Shown piece after piece: positions 1 to 13,200 of a DNA stretch of 64,000 nucleotides. This DNA is from Chiloscyllium plagiosum (Eukaryota): NCBI RefSeq assembly GCF_004010195.1, contig NC_057718.1:68141872-68205871 (forward strand), written 5' to 3'. A model generated the notes under the pieces. That model worked only from the letters and a program-made list of their open reading frames with translations, did no database searches and had not been told where the DNA came from. Numbering within the stretch: the stretch's first letter is position 1; each line of letters starts with the position of its first letter. The position numbers and the translations under genes are program-made.

Positions 1-919
1 CTGTACCCGGAGTATGTTCTTTGCCCTTGCTATCCTTAGTACTTCTTCCAAGGAGTACGGATTCATCGACTGGTTGATGACAATCAGCAGGAGATTTGCC
101 GATGTGTAACCTCCTGTCATGCTACTACATGAGTCGAGAATCGAATGTTGAGGATTCTCAAAGCCAGTCATTCCTGTCACTGCTGCCATCCCTGTTGTCT
201 TTCTCCTGTAAACTCAATAGGAAGTGACAATAAATGGAAAAGTAAGTGTCTTAAGACAAATATGACTGTCAGATTTGATTGTGTAGATTAGGAGACAGTT
301 CCCCAGTTGTAACACAAATGTTAGTGAGGAAGATTTTGCACAGTTATTTGGTCTGGAAGTTGAAGAGTTTTATGGACTAAATAAGGAAAAATCATATTGT
401 TGCAAGTTATGATCTGAATTGCACTGGCTGATACGGTATTGGAAATAGAATTCGTTGTAATTTTCAACATACTATAAACTTGAAAAGAAGCAACTTGCAG
501 CAGTATGGGAATAGAGCAAGAGTGTGAGACTAATCGGGTAGCTCTTTCAAAGAGTTGGCACACTTACATTGTGTTGAATGGTGTACTGCTCTGTAAGATT
601 TCATGATTCTAATTGAGAATTCAATGAAAAATTATCGCCATTTAAGATTATCACTGCAAGTGCAGGGAAAGGTTGGGAAAATTTCTTTATGTAAGGACTG
701 CTTTGTCACTGGTGAATTATATTAGTTTGTAAAATAATATAGAAGAAGAGTTAATTGCCGAAAAGGAAATCCAAGTAGTGATTAATTCTTTTTTGGTATA
801 ATTGAGGAAAGTAACTTAATCCAGGGAGACCTGAATTTGCTGATTCTAGCGCACTTTACCCATCAGCAGTGAATATTCAAAGAACTATCTTTGTAATACG
901 GATCTTCTAGGATTTTGAT

Positions 920-1260
920 TCATTCGGAGGATGTGGGAAGTTCTAACTAGGCCAGCATTTTTTTGCCAATCCCTAATTGCCCAAAAATCAGTTAAGAGTC
1001 AATTACATTGTTGTGGATCTGGAATCACATATAGACCAGAACAAATAAAAATGGCAGATTCCCTTCCCTAAATAGCATTAGCGAACCAGATGGCTTTTTT
1101 AAACAATTAGTGATGGTTGCCATTAGGCCAGATCTTGCTTCCACATTTTTTTAATTGAATTGAAATTTCACGATCTGCCACGTTGAATTTGAACTCGTTC
1201 ACAAAACAGTAGCCTCGGGTTGTAGGTTGCTAGTCCAGTCATGTCCCCACAAAACCACCC
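920..1260 (-). mobile_element. Old SINE/LINE-tail remnant
   Basis: Begins with the reverse complement of the LINE tail seen at 7140-7210 (ggccagcatttttttgccaatccctaattgccc) and ends in a tRNA-like head on the minus strand. Confidence 0.5.
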
Positions 1261-3042
1261 TCAATAGCACTTCCTGTAGTTTTTCAATCATAATTTATTA
1301 TATTCACTTCTACGATATAAAATGATACTGTAAACCCTATCTGTTGAAACTGTTGAAAAAGTGAATTGAGCAATTAACTGAATGAAACATGTCAAGTGTT
1401 TGTGTCTTTGTGTCAATAAGCCAAAATATTAGAACAAGCAAAAATAATTTTCATGTGAACTGACTTTTGAACAATCTTTTTTACTCTTAACTTAAAAATA
1501 AACATGGATGGGCATCAAGTTTTCATGTCTAAATTTTACTTGGCAGTTTGGAAATATTCTGCCACCTCTGCAGAGTAGTACAGTATAACAATGACAGGGT
1601 ACACACAGACAAAGTTGTACCGACATTTTCTTGTTTAAAAAGCTCCTCAATTCTAAAATATTGATGATCTGTGTCCCAGAGCATATTTAATCACATCATG
1701 TTCAATTGATACCTGCAGATTCTTCCATTTTAAAATTTGACCATTATGGTTCATAACGTATGTCATCGGATTGCTAATTTCAGCAGTATTGTAGAACTTT
1801 AGTTGTGATCCCCGTATTGGTTGGGATCACCGAATTCCTTCTCTGAAGACAGATGAAATGAGTTCTCAGTAATCTGTTTCTATCTGGATGTTAAACCATA
1901 TCAAAACAATTTTCCAGTTTCATTCGGGCATTATTGACTGTACAAATTTATAGCATTATGCCAAATGACACATTAAGCCACTACCAACTAATTCCTACTA
2001 CACTAAAGGTGCAAAGATCTAATGGATCACTGGCAAAGATTCTGTGTGTTTCATGTTATACTCTCTAGTGTCTTTTCTGAATGCTACTTGTGTCCACTCA
2101 GTCAATTAACATTTGAAAAGGTGAGCAGTTGGAGCCTTGAACCTTTCCACAGCCTTAGTCAGAGCTACAGAGTAATTACCCAACACAAGACATAGTTCTA
2201 TGAAAATGAGTAGAGTCCTATAATTTTTTTTTTGAAATTGTCACTCCTTTTTTCTGCCCATTGGCAGAAGTGCCTTTTGCTATTAATACCTTTTTCCCAA
2301 ATGTACATTGGCAAAGGCAGTTCAATCGAACAAAACTTATTTAAACTTCAGTTTCCCTGACAGTCAGATTTTCGTACCCTTCCTTCAGAAATACAATGAG
2401 CTGAGGTATTATACTTGTTTTTAATTGCCCATCAGAACTTGGGGAAAAAGGCAACATGAATAGGCCATTCAAATTTCAGCCAGTTGCCCAGATCGTGGTA
2501 AATCCTAATCTTATCTACCTTAACTTCATTTATTTGTCTTGATTCTATGACCCTAATAAACTTGCCTGATGAAAACCTTACCAATCTCAGCTTTGAAGAT
2601 TTCAATTGACTTAACCTCAAAGATTTCTGGCAAAGTAGGCTCCAGGTTTCCTTAACTTTTGCGCCAAGAAGTGCATCCAAACATTGTTTCGGAACCATCG
2701 AACTCTCATGTTAATGTCATATCCCTAATTCTGGACTCCCTTACCATTGAGGAGAAGGTTTTTCTTTATCTAGTCAATCAATTTCTTTCATCACCAATTC
2801 GAATCAACACTTAAGAATACACACCTGGTCCCTGTAGCCCGTACTCATAATTCACTGTCATTCTGATGATATTGTGATGCACCCATCTAAATCAAATATA
2901 ACCTCCATGAAATTCAGAGCTCATGAAGCGATTTAAAGCATTGAAAATAAGTCATTTTTCTTTTCCCTTAATTTGTTAGTCTGAACTTAGTGGTCTGTAT
3001 CAGTTCACAATTAATTTCAGCTTCTTCTATTTTTAACCCAAG

Positions 3043-3218
3043 CAGGAATAATGCAATCAGTGTGCAGGATCCCTTCTCCGACGTTAGTGATCCAGCATTC
3101 CAGAAATGGGGCTCCATGACCCCAAATGCTCCATACCAACAGGGGATGAATATGCCTGAAATGATGAATCGAATGTCATACGAACCCAATAAGGATCCCT
3201 TTGGTGGGATGAGGAAAG
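3043..3218 (+). CDS. ARID1B: ARID1B internal coding exon (first in window); alternative start 3046 via tandem acceptor
   Basis: Encodes (S)[58 protein letters not shown], matching recalled ARID1B '[12 protein letters not shown]...[12 protein letters not shown]...[13 protein letters not shown]'. Acceptor ...ttttaacccaAGcAG, donor AAG|gtagat at 3219; phase 2 to 1. Confidence 0.95.
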
Positions 3219-3660
3219 GTAGATAGCTAATTAAAATTCCTTTTTTCATTTTATCCTTAACTGATAGTTGTTACAGTACTCCATCTGTTGCCATGTACAT
3301 TTCTTTTATTAAAAAAGAATTGCAGTGTATATAAATAATGACTAAGATGCTCTGCATTCCTATAAATCTGTATGTTGAGGGAGGTAAAATCAATTGTTAC
3401 TTGCTGCTGGTGAGGTATGTTATTTGTGACATAAGGTCAAAAACTACATAATGGCTAATTTAGGCTGTTGAAATTTCTTGAAAATATAACAATTCTGCCT
3501 GTCCTGGAGTATCGTTTGTACCCGATGTATCTTTTTTTGGGGTATATAGGGATAAATGTATGGAAATAGTTTATGGTCATTTTTCCAGCGTTAACAACAC
3601 ACAAACTATTTTGATTATATCTGTCATCGTGAACTATTTTCTTGACCTATTTTAAAATAG

Positions 3661-3811
3661 TGCCTGGAAGTAATGACCCTTTTATGCCCCCTGGAGTAAT
3701 GCCTAACAGTGGGATGCAGGATCTGTACAACCGTACGCCATCAGGAGGAATGGTTAACTTGAACGTGGGTCAGCGCCAGCAGTATGCGTACGGATCCAGC
3801 TATGAGCGAAG
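3661..3811 (+). CDS. ARID1B: ARID1B coding exon (151 nt)
   Basis: aaatAG|tgcct...cgaag|GTaaat; encodes [50 protein letters not shown](R); phase 1 to 2, continuous with the previous exon. Confidence 0.95.
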
Positions 3812-3949
3812 GTAAATTCCTATGATCAATATTTTGATCTAAAACAAGGATGAATTTTTATTCTTTTGTTCTTCCATAATGCTGCTATGTAAAGATTTTC
3901 ATAATCTGGATCCAGCAATGAGAAAACAGCAAAATATGTTCAACTCAAG

Positions 3950-4850
3950 ATGGTGAGTGAGAGCAGAACTTTGAGGTGATGGTGTTCCCTTGCACCTGTT
4001 GCCTTTTTAAGAAGTGTTGTTAAAGAATACTTAACACATTGAAAATATTGTAGTCCACATTTAAACCATACCAAGATGGGGCAGCTTAGTGTTTGCCTCA
4101 ATTGATGAAATAGTCTCCTCCATCTTCAGTGGTGAATCTCTGCTTAAGTGTTGTTGCAAGTGGACAGTATTTTATCATGCTTTTCAAATGCCTTTTAAGT
4201 GGTGGGCAAAGTGTGGGATGTTAGAAGGTCAGTGGCTGAATGTCCAGCATCTGACCGGTTTTAGTAGCCAAACAATTTATATGACTGGTTCCCTTCAATT
4301 TCTGGTCAAAATTGACGCTAGGATGTTGCTGGTGATGGTAATGCCATTGAATGAGAGAAAAAGTTAGATATGGTATTGTCCATCACTTGTTGATGTGGTT
4401 ACTAGATGCTAGTCACTTATCAACCCAGGCTTGACTATTGTCCAATTTAGCTGTGTAGTTATAATTTGTCTGAACCATTGTAAATGGAGCTGAAGATTAG
4501 AAATCAGCAAACAAACCCACTTCTGATCTTCTGGCAGGGAAAGCTTATTGATGAGGCCTTTTGGTGCTAACTAAGTTAATATCAAGTTCAACTACTCTCA
4601 CCATTTCTGGAATTTAGCTATTCCATCTTTTGACCAGCCAAGACATCTGATGATGGATGCCCATTTGCATATTTGCTTGTCTGTAAAATTGTTATAAGAT
4701 TGTGATAGTTGTGCAGCCTTCTCATGTTGTTTAGTTTTCTTCTCCATTCATGACCAGATGATATAGGGCCAACGATATTTGACCTGATCCATTGGTTGTG
4801 GGCAGACAACTTTGTGTACCTTGCTGCTATTATTGTTTAGCATGCATGGT
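3950..4850 (-). mobile_element. Highly decayed CR1/L2-group LINE fragment
   Basis: Reverse-complement similarity to the 5820-7212 element (e.g. gatgttgctggtgatggtaatgccattgaatg). Confidence 0.5.
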
Positions 4851-5819
4851 GAAATAACAGAGCTAACTACAGTATTCTTTAAACCCAGTCTCAATTACCA
4901 CCTAGTACAGCAGATAATATTTTTCCATATACTAGACTGGACAATTTCCTGACATGAATGGGAAGTACAATTGTGTTGAATTGCAGCCTTTTCTTTGCAT
5001 GTGGACCCTCATGCGTAAGGTATGTGGAATGTTCAAGTAGTTTTCTTGTGTAGCCCTTAAGAATTTCTCATCCAGGGCTCAAACCAAGAGAAAATCTTTT
5101 GTTTACAGTACATACTTTGAATGTGGTGGTAAGTTTGTTCAATTGAATAAAATGTTAGCAGGATCTGCCACTTCATTATGACACAAAGATGTAGAAATAT
5201 CTTAGGATCCAAAACCCTCTGACTCACATGAAGAACATTCCACCCGGCCTGCCAGAAATCCAATCTGAGACTCGCTTGTGTGTTACTTCCAAGCCATGTT
5301 TAAGTTTTCTTCCTTTCTTTCATAAGAAAATTGTCTAACACCCAGCCCTATCTATGCATCCAGAAATTCAATCTAGGACAAGTGTTTGTTCCAAGTTCAG
5401 TATTCACTTCTGGCCATCCCGGTTTCCTTCCACACCTGATTAGTTGCTCAGTAGATCTTGAACAATATTATGAGAACGCTTGCGTTTTTATCACCATCAA
5501 GGTCTGTAACTTCCTTAGTAAAGAATTAACAACAGGTGACAAGAAAGTAGGCAGTAAGAAATGTCTAGAACTCTGAAGGGTGTTGATAGTTTTTTCTACA
5601 TCCAAAATTGAAAGGTATATGTTGACCATACTCAGTTAATAAGATTTGTGATGGGAGGTCAGCAGCTAGTCTTTATGATTGTTACCAGGATATATGATTT
5701 GAGGATAGTATTGCAAACATTGAGGATTGTATCAAACAATGAAGCAGATCTAAGCCCTGCAATCTTACCACATCAAGTTGTGTAATGGTGATGGATAATT
5801 AAGCAATGTGAAAGATTAA

Positions 5820-7212
5820 TCAAGTATGTCCTGTACATAAAAAGCAGGACAAATCCAACCCAGCCAATTACCACCCCATCAGTCTACTTTTGATCATTAG
5901 TAAAGTGATGGAATGTGTCGTCAACAAAGCAATCAAACAGCACCTGCTCAGCAATAACTTGTTCAGTGATGCCCAGTTTGAGTTCCACTAGGGCCTTCAG
6001 CCCTGGACTTTACTACAGCCTTGGTCCAAACATTGACAAAAGAGCTGCATTCCAGGGGTGAGATGAGAGTGATAGCCCTTGACATCAAGGCTGCTTTCAA
6101 CTGTGTGACATCAAAAATCCCTAACAAAACTGGCATCAATGGGTATGAGGGGTCAAACTCTCCGGTGGTTGGGAGTCAGACCTGAAGATGATCGTGGCTA
6201 TTGGAGGTCAGTCATCTCAATTCCGGGGCATCTCTGCAGGATTTCCTCAGGGTAGTGTCCTCTGCCCAACCATCTTCAACTGCTTCATCAATGACCTACC
6301 CTCCATCATAAGGTCAGAAGTAGGGATGTTCACCAATGACTACACAATGTTCAGCACTATTCGCAACGACTCAGATACTGAATCAGTCCATGTTCAAATG
6401 CAACAAGATCTGTACAACATCCAGCCTTGGGTTGACAAGTGACAAGTAACATTCACTCCACACAAATGTCAGGCTATAACCATCTCGAATCCAACCACTG
6501 CCCCTTGGCATTCAACAGTGCTACCATCACTGAATCCCCCACTATCAGTATCCTGGGGGTTATCGTTGGCCAGAAACTCAATTGGACTCACCACATAAAC
6601 ACTGTGGCGACATGAGCAGGTCAGAAGCTAGGAATGCTGTGGCACATAACTCACCACTTGACTCCCAATAGCCTGTCCACCATTCTACAAGGCACAATTC
6701 AGGAATGTGATGGAATACTCCCCACTTGCTTGAATAAGTGCAGCCCCAACAACACTCAAGATTTTAAACACCATCCAGGACAAAGCAATCAGTTTGATTG
6801 GCACTATACCCACAAGCATTCACTCCCTCCGCCATCAATGCTCAGTAGCAGCAGTGAGTACTATCTACAAAATGCACTGCAGAAATCACCAAAGATCCTC
6901 AGACATTACTTTCCAAACCCATGGTCACTTCCATGTAGAAGGGCAAGGGAAGCAGATATATGGAAACACCACCACATTCAAGTTCCCCTCAAAGTCACTC
7001 ACCATCCTGACTTGGAAATATATCGCTGTCCTTCATTGTCGCTGGGTCAAAATCCTGGAATTCCCTCCCTAATGGCATTGTGAGTCAACCTACAGCAGGT
7101 GGACTGCAGTGGTTCAAGATGGCAGCTCACCATCACCACCTCAAGGGCAACTAAGGTTGGGCAATAAATGCTGTCCAGCCAGCAATGCCCGCATCCCACA
7201 AAATGAATAAAT
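5820..7212 (+). mobile_element. CR1/L2-group non-LTR retrotransposon, 5'-truncated RT and 3' end
   Basis: RT motifs ALDIKAAF and GFPQGSVLCPTIFNCFINDLP...MFTNDYT (ORF 6188..6442); tail gcagctcaccatcaccacctcaagggcaactaaggttgggcaataaatg...gaataaataaaa; contains stops and frameshifts. Confidence 0.85.
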
Positions 7213-7239
7213 AAAAGAAAAATTAAAAGGATATGAAGG

Positions 7240-8650
7240 CTTCACAAATATTCCTATCATTAATGATGTGAGAGCCTAAGGTATAGTAAAAGATTAGGCT
7301 GAAGTATTTTCATTCATCTTCTGTCAAATACGCTAATTGAACTATCCATTTCAGCTTCTTCCCGAAGTACGCAGCATCACCGATGCCAGTCTTCGGACAA
7401 TTCAATTCTCTTCCTGGGGAATCAGGAAATAGCTGAAGGCACTAGATATTACAAAAGCTATGGCCTGACAACATTCCGGCTATAATAGTAAAGAATTGTG
7501 CTCCTGAACTAACTGCACCACAAGTCACTTTGTCTCAATACAGCAACAAGACTGACAGCTACACAAAACTGTGGAAAATTGCACCGGTACACCTTAACCA
7601 CAAAATGCAGGAAAAGCCCAACTGAGCCATTAGTCTAAGTTCGATCATTAGTTAAGTGATGCAAGGTGTCATCACCAGCGTTATCAAGCAGCATCTGCTC
7701 AGCAATAACATGCTCAGTGATGCCCAGTTTGGATTCTGCCAGAACCATTCAGCTCCTGACCTTATCACAGCCTTAGTCCAAACATGGACAAAAGAGCTGA
7801 ATTCTGAAGTTGAGGTGCAAGTGACTGCTCTAGACATCAATGCAGCATTTGATAAATTATGGCATCAAGGAACCTGGACAAAAGGAGGTGGGCAGAATCT
7901 CTCCATTGGTTGAGTCATGCTATTCTGCTACTGGTTGTGGTTGTTGGAAGTCGGGGTCATATCAGCCCATGAAAACTCTTTAGGATAGTATCCTAGGCCC
8001 AGGCATCTTTTAGCTTCTTCCTCAATCTTACCTTGATTATGAGGTCAGAGATGAGGATATTTGCTGATGATTTGCACAATGTTCAGCATCATTCACTGCT
8101 CCTCAACTATTGAAGCAGTCTGTATCTGTATGCAGTGCAAACTTGTAGCACCTAGCCTTTGTCTAATAAGTTGTAAGTAACATTCATGCCACAGAAGTAC
8201 CAGACAATGACAATCTAGAACAAGACAGAATCTAATCATCACCCTGGCCTTGCCTTCACATCACTGAAGTTGAATGCACCACTGTCAGCATCCTAGGGGT
8301 TGTCATTGACCAGAAACTGAACTGGAAAGAAAAATCAGAGACATTTACTCCCTTCACCTCGGCAGCAGTATGTTCTACAAGATGCAATGCAGTAACTGGC
8401 AAAGGTTCCTTAAAACCACAACTATGAGCATCTGGAAGTTCAAGGAAAGTAAATACATGACAGCACCAGCACCTGCAAATTCCTTGCCAAGCCACATGCT
8501 ATCCTGCCATGGAGTTATATCACTGACCCATCCTGCAGTTCCCTTTTTTAAGGCACTGTGGCTGTCACTACACCACAGGAGACTGCAATAGTTGAAGACA
8601 GTAAAAGTGGGGCTGTCTAGTGCCAACATATTCCATGAATGTATTTTTTA
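7240..8650 (+). mobile_element. Older copy of the same CR1/L2-group LINE
   Basis: ORF 7656..7913 (KQHLLSNNMLSDAQFGF...TALDINAAFDKLWHQG) parallels 5930-6110. Confidence 0.8.
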
Positions 8651-8761
8651 AAAAGTTTATTCTATAGCCTAGTACTTTTCACATGTACCTGTGATTGATA
8701 ATCTCTCATATGGTACTATGTGACTATTTCAGAAACACAACAAAATATTTTTTTCTTCTAG

Positions 8762-8881
8762 GCCTGAACATGGAATGGGTCCTGAAGGCAATATGGGGCC
8801 TCCAGGAGGTCAGTCTAACATGATGTCATCAAACAGTGACACAAGCATGTACTCACCAAACCGCTATCCCACACAACAAAG
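8762..8881 (+). CDS. ARID1B: ARID1B coding exon (120 nt, symmetric phase 2-2, ARID1A-like segment)
   Basis: ttttttcttctAG|gcct...caaag|GTaatt; open frame PEHGMGPEGNMGPPGGQSNMMSSNSDTSMYSPNRYPTQQ(R), in phase with both neighbours. Confidence 0.9.
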
Positions 8882-9164
8882 GTAATTATAAACAAATATG
8901 GTCTTTCGATATTCACTCAATTAATCCTTAAAACATTTGTGAGAGTAGCATTGCTTCTGACATTCAGATTTTTGCCCTGCTTTTTTACTCACCTGAACTT
9001 TAGTAAGCAGACACTTCTGCTCCATACACAACGAATGTTACAATGTATTATGGTATAGGAAATAAATTACTAGAGCAATTTATCTTCAGTTTTTTCACTA
9101 TTGCTATAAACTCTTTTCAGTAAAACTGCCTTTAATTTCCAGCCCCAAGAGAATGGGGACACTT

Positions 9165-9550
9165 TCATTCCAGGCTGGGTCTTTTTTTACACTGAAGTAT
9201 AGGAGGCTGAGGGGTGACCTTATAGAGGTTAATAAAATCATAAGGGTCATAGATAACATGAATAGCCAAGGTGTCTTCCCTAGGGTAGCAAATTCAAAAC
9301 TAGAGAACATAGGTTAAAAGTGAGAGGGGAAAGATTTAAATGAGACCTGAAGGGCAACATTTTCAACACAAAGGTGGTGCATATGTGGAATGAGCTGCAA
9401 GAGAAGGTGATAGAAGCAAATGCAATTACAATGTTTTAAAGACCTTTGGGCAGGCATATGGCTAGGAAATGTTTAGAGGTAAATAGGCCAAATGCAGGAA
9501 AATGGAACTAATTCAGTTTAGGAAGCCTTGTCAGCATAGACAAGTTGGGT
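9165..9550 (+). mobile_element. CR1 (HER1-like) 3' fragment
   Basis: aggctgaggggtgaccttatagaggtt...aaggtggtgcatatgtggaatgagctgc, the CR1 ORF2 C-terminus (RRLRGDLIEV) and 3' UTR. Confidence 0.85.
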
Positions 9551-10134
9551 TCATAAGGTTTACCAGCTAAAAACACATTATGGACTAGCACTGTTATGAG
9601 ACCATCCATTTTGAGGGTTTTAGACGTAAATTTGTGTAAAACACTAATTTCACCCAGCAATATTTTTAATTTGGTGACAATACCTCATAAACTCTCCACC
9701 TTTTTTAGGTGGGCATTTTTTGTGATGCTTATAATATCCTAGCATACATGGGTCCAGCGATTGCAAGATAAGAATTTTGTACTTTATCTGTCATCCTAAA
9801 ATATTTAGTTTTAATTGAGAATATTTATGCTGCATCAAGATGCCTGGCTGCAGATGTGAATTGTCTTGATCCATGTAATTATATTATCTACTAACTTTGG
9901 TAAGTATAAAAAGTTTTTTTTCAATTTGCCAAGCAAGGGTGACAGGAATTATTTTGAAATTTTATGTTTGCCTTCATTTAAGCTGGATCAACTATCTTAA
10001 CTGAAATTATGGGCAGCAGTTTCTTTTAGTTAAATTAATGAAAGGCAGTCATTAGTTTGCAATCAAGTTAAGTTACTTTATCAATTAGGGACAGTACATT
10101 TTTAAGATTTTACGTTAAAACACTTCCATTGCAG

Positions 10135-10231
10135 GCATGATCCTTATGGGCAACAGTACCCAGGCCAAGGTCCCCCCTCAGGACAGACAGCATATGGAGG
10201 CCATCAGACAGGAATTTATCCACAGCAGCAG
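10135..10231 (+). CDS. ARID1B: ARID1B coding exon (97 nt)
   Basis: ttccattgcAG|gcat...cagcag|GTgaag; encodes [32 protein letters not shown] (recalled human [31 protein letters not shown]); phase 2 to 0. Confidence 0.95.
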
Positions 10232-13200
10232 GTGAAGTTGCAAATGTGCATATTAAAAGTGAAGTAATGCAGTTCATCTTTAAAATAAATTTAAATGATT
10301 GTGAGGTATTGTTATATTTCCTTGTTTGGTACATTGCAAATAACTTTAAATTGCATGATATTTCCTTCGGGACACAGGCTGTCTCTTGGCACTGCACAGC
10401 ACAGAAGGATGCCATTTGGCCAATCAAGTCCTTACTGGCTTACGTGAGAACGTTACAGTCAGCTACATTTTCTCACTTAGCTACATAATCCTGCAAGTTT
10501 ATTTCCTACCCAGTTTCTTCTTTAAATCGTTGATCGTGTTCATTATCACCACCCTTGGAAACAGCGAATTTCAGATCATTGCCAATGCTACAAGGCAATG
10601 TGCTCTAGAGAACATATTTTAATGGTGGTTTAGCTGCATTCTTTTTGGCTCTTCTCTAAACTTTTTCAAGAACTGCCTTTAATTTCCGATCCGTCTGCTC
10701 TAAGAGAAAGACATTTTAATTCCATTTGCCAACCAGAAGCACATAATAGACCAACACCATTGTTGGAGCATCAGTTTTACCTACTCATTTTGAGGTCTTA
10801 AATATACAAAGAACAATGGAAATTATAGCACAGGAACAGGCCCTTTGGCCCTGCAAGCCTGCACTGATCCAGATCCTTTATCTAAACCTGTTGCCTATTT
10901 TCCAAGGATCTGTATCCTGTTGCTCCTGCTCATTCATGTATCTGTCTAGATACATCTTAAGTGACGCTATCGTGCTCGCCTCTACCATCTCCACTGGCAA
11001 CACGTTCCAGGCACCCACTACCTCTGCATAAAGAACTTTCCATGCATCTGTCCCTTAAACATTTCCCCTCTCATCTTGAACCTATGACCCAAGAGTAATT
11101 GAGTCTCCACTCTGGGAGAAAGCTTCCTGCTATCCACTCTGTCTATACCTCACATGATTTTGTAGACCTCAATCAGGTCCCCCTTCAACCTCCATCTTTC
11201 TAGTGAAAACAATCTTAATCTACTCAACTTCTCTTCATAGCCAGCACCCTCCATACCTGGCAACATCCTGGTAAACCTACTCTGCACCCTCCCCAAAGCA
11301 TCCACATCCTACTGATAATGTGGCAACCAGAACTGTACGCAGTATTCCAATTGTGGCCAAACCAAAGTCCTATACAATTGTAACATGACCTGCCAAATCT
11401 TGTACTCAATATTCTGTCTGATGAAGGAAAGCGTGCTATATGCCTTCTTGATGGCTCTATTGACCTGAGTTGCCACATTCAGGGTACAATGGACCTCTAC
11501 ACCCAGATCTCTTTGAACATCAATTTTCCTCAGGGCTGTTCCATTTACCATATAGAATTCTAGAATTGGACCTTCCAAAATGCATCACCTCGCATTTGCC
11601 AGGATTGAACTCCAACTGCCATTTCTCTGCCCAACTCTCCAATCTATCTATATTTTGCTGCATGCTCTGACAGTCCCCTTCACAATCTGCTACTCTACCA
11701 ATCTTCGTGTCATCTGCAAACTTGCTAATCAAACCACCCATACTTTCCTCCAGATCATTTATGTATATCACAAACAGCAGTGGTCCTGGCACAAATCCCA
11801 GTGGAACACCACTGGTCACAGTTCTCCATTTTGAGAAACTCCCTTCCACTACTACTCTCTGACTCCTGCTGCCCGGCCAGTTCTCTCCCCATCTAGCTAG
11901 TACACCCTGGACCCTGTGTGACTTCACTTTCTGCATCAGCCTACCATGGGGAACCTTATCAAACATCTTACTGAAGTCCATGTATATGACATCTACAGCC
12001 ATTCCCTTATCAATCAACTTAGTCACTTACTCAAAGAATTCTATTAAGTTAGTAAGACATGACCTTCCCTGCACAAAGTCATGCTGCCTATCACTGATAA
12101 GCCCATTTGTTTCCAAATGTAAATAGATCCTATCCCTCTATCTTCTCCAGCAGCTTCCCTACCACTGACATCTGGTTCATCTATAATTACCTGGATTATC
12201 CCTGCTACCTTCCTTAAACAAAGGGACAACATAAGCAATTCTCCAGTCCGTTAGGACTCGCCCGCATTCTAGGATGCTGCAAAGATATCTGTTAAGGCAC
12301 CAACTATTTCCTCTCTTGCATCCCTCAGTAACCTGGATAGATCCCATCCAGACCTGGAGACTTGTCCACCTTAATGCCTTTTAGAATACTCAACATTTCT
12401 TCCTTATGCTGACTTGACCTAAAGTAATCAAACATCTATCCCTAACTTCAGCATCCGCCATGTTCGTCTACTCGGTGAATACTGACGCAAAGTACTCATT
12501 TAGAATCTCACATTTTCTTGGACTTCACGCATAACTTTCCTCCTTTGTCCTTGAGTCGACCAACCCTTTCTCTAGTTGCCCTCTTGCTCCTTGTATATGA
12601 ATAAATGGCTTTCGGATTTTTGTTAACACTGTTTGCTAAAGATTTTTCATGGCCCCTTTCAGTCCTCTTAATTCATTGTTTCAGATTGGTCCTACTTTCC
12701 CGATATTATTCAAAAACTTTGTTTTCAGTCGACTAGACCTTACGTACGCTTCCTATTACTTCTCAGCTAGTCTCACACTTCTGCCCGTCATCCATGGTTC
12801 CCTAATCTTGCTATTTCTATCCCTCATTTTCACAGGGACATGTCTGTCCTGTGCTCTAATCAACCTATCTTTAAAAACCTCTCACATATTAAATGTGGAT
12901 TTACCCCCAAACAGCTGCTCCCAATCCACATTTCTCAGCTCCTACCGAATTTTGCTTTAGTTGGTCTTACCCCAATTTATCACTCTTCCTTTAGGACCAC
13001 TCTCGTCTTTGTCCATGAGTATTCTAAAGCATACGGAATTATGATCACTATTCCCAAAATAATCCTCTACTAAAGCTTCAACCACGTGACCGGGCTCATT
13101 CCCCAACACCAGGTCCAGTATGATCCCCTTCCCGATTTGGACTATTTACACACTGCTCTATAAAACCCTCCTGGATGCTCCTTACAAATTCTGCTCCATC

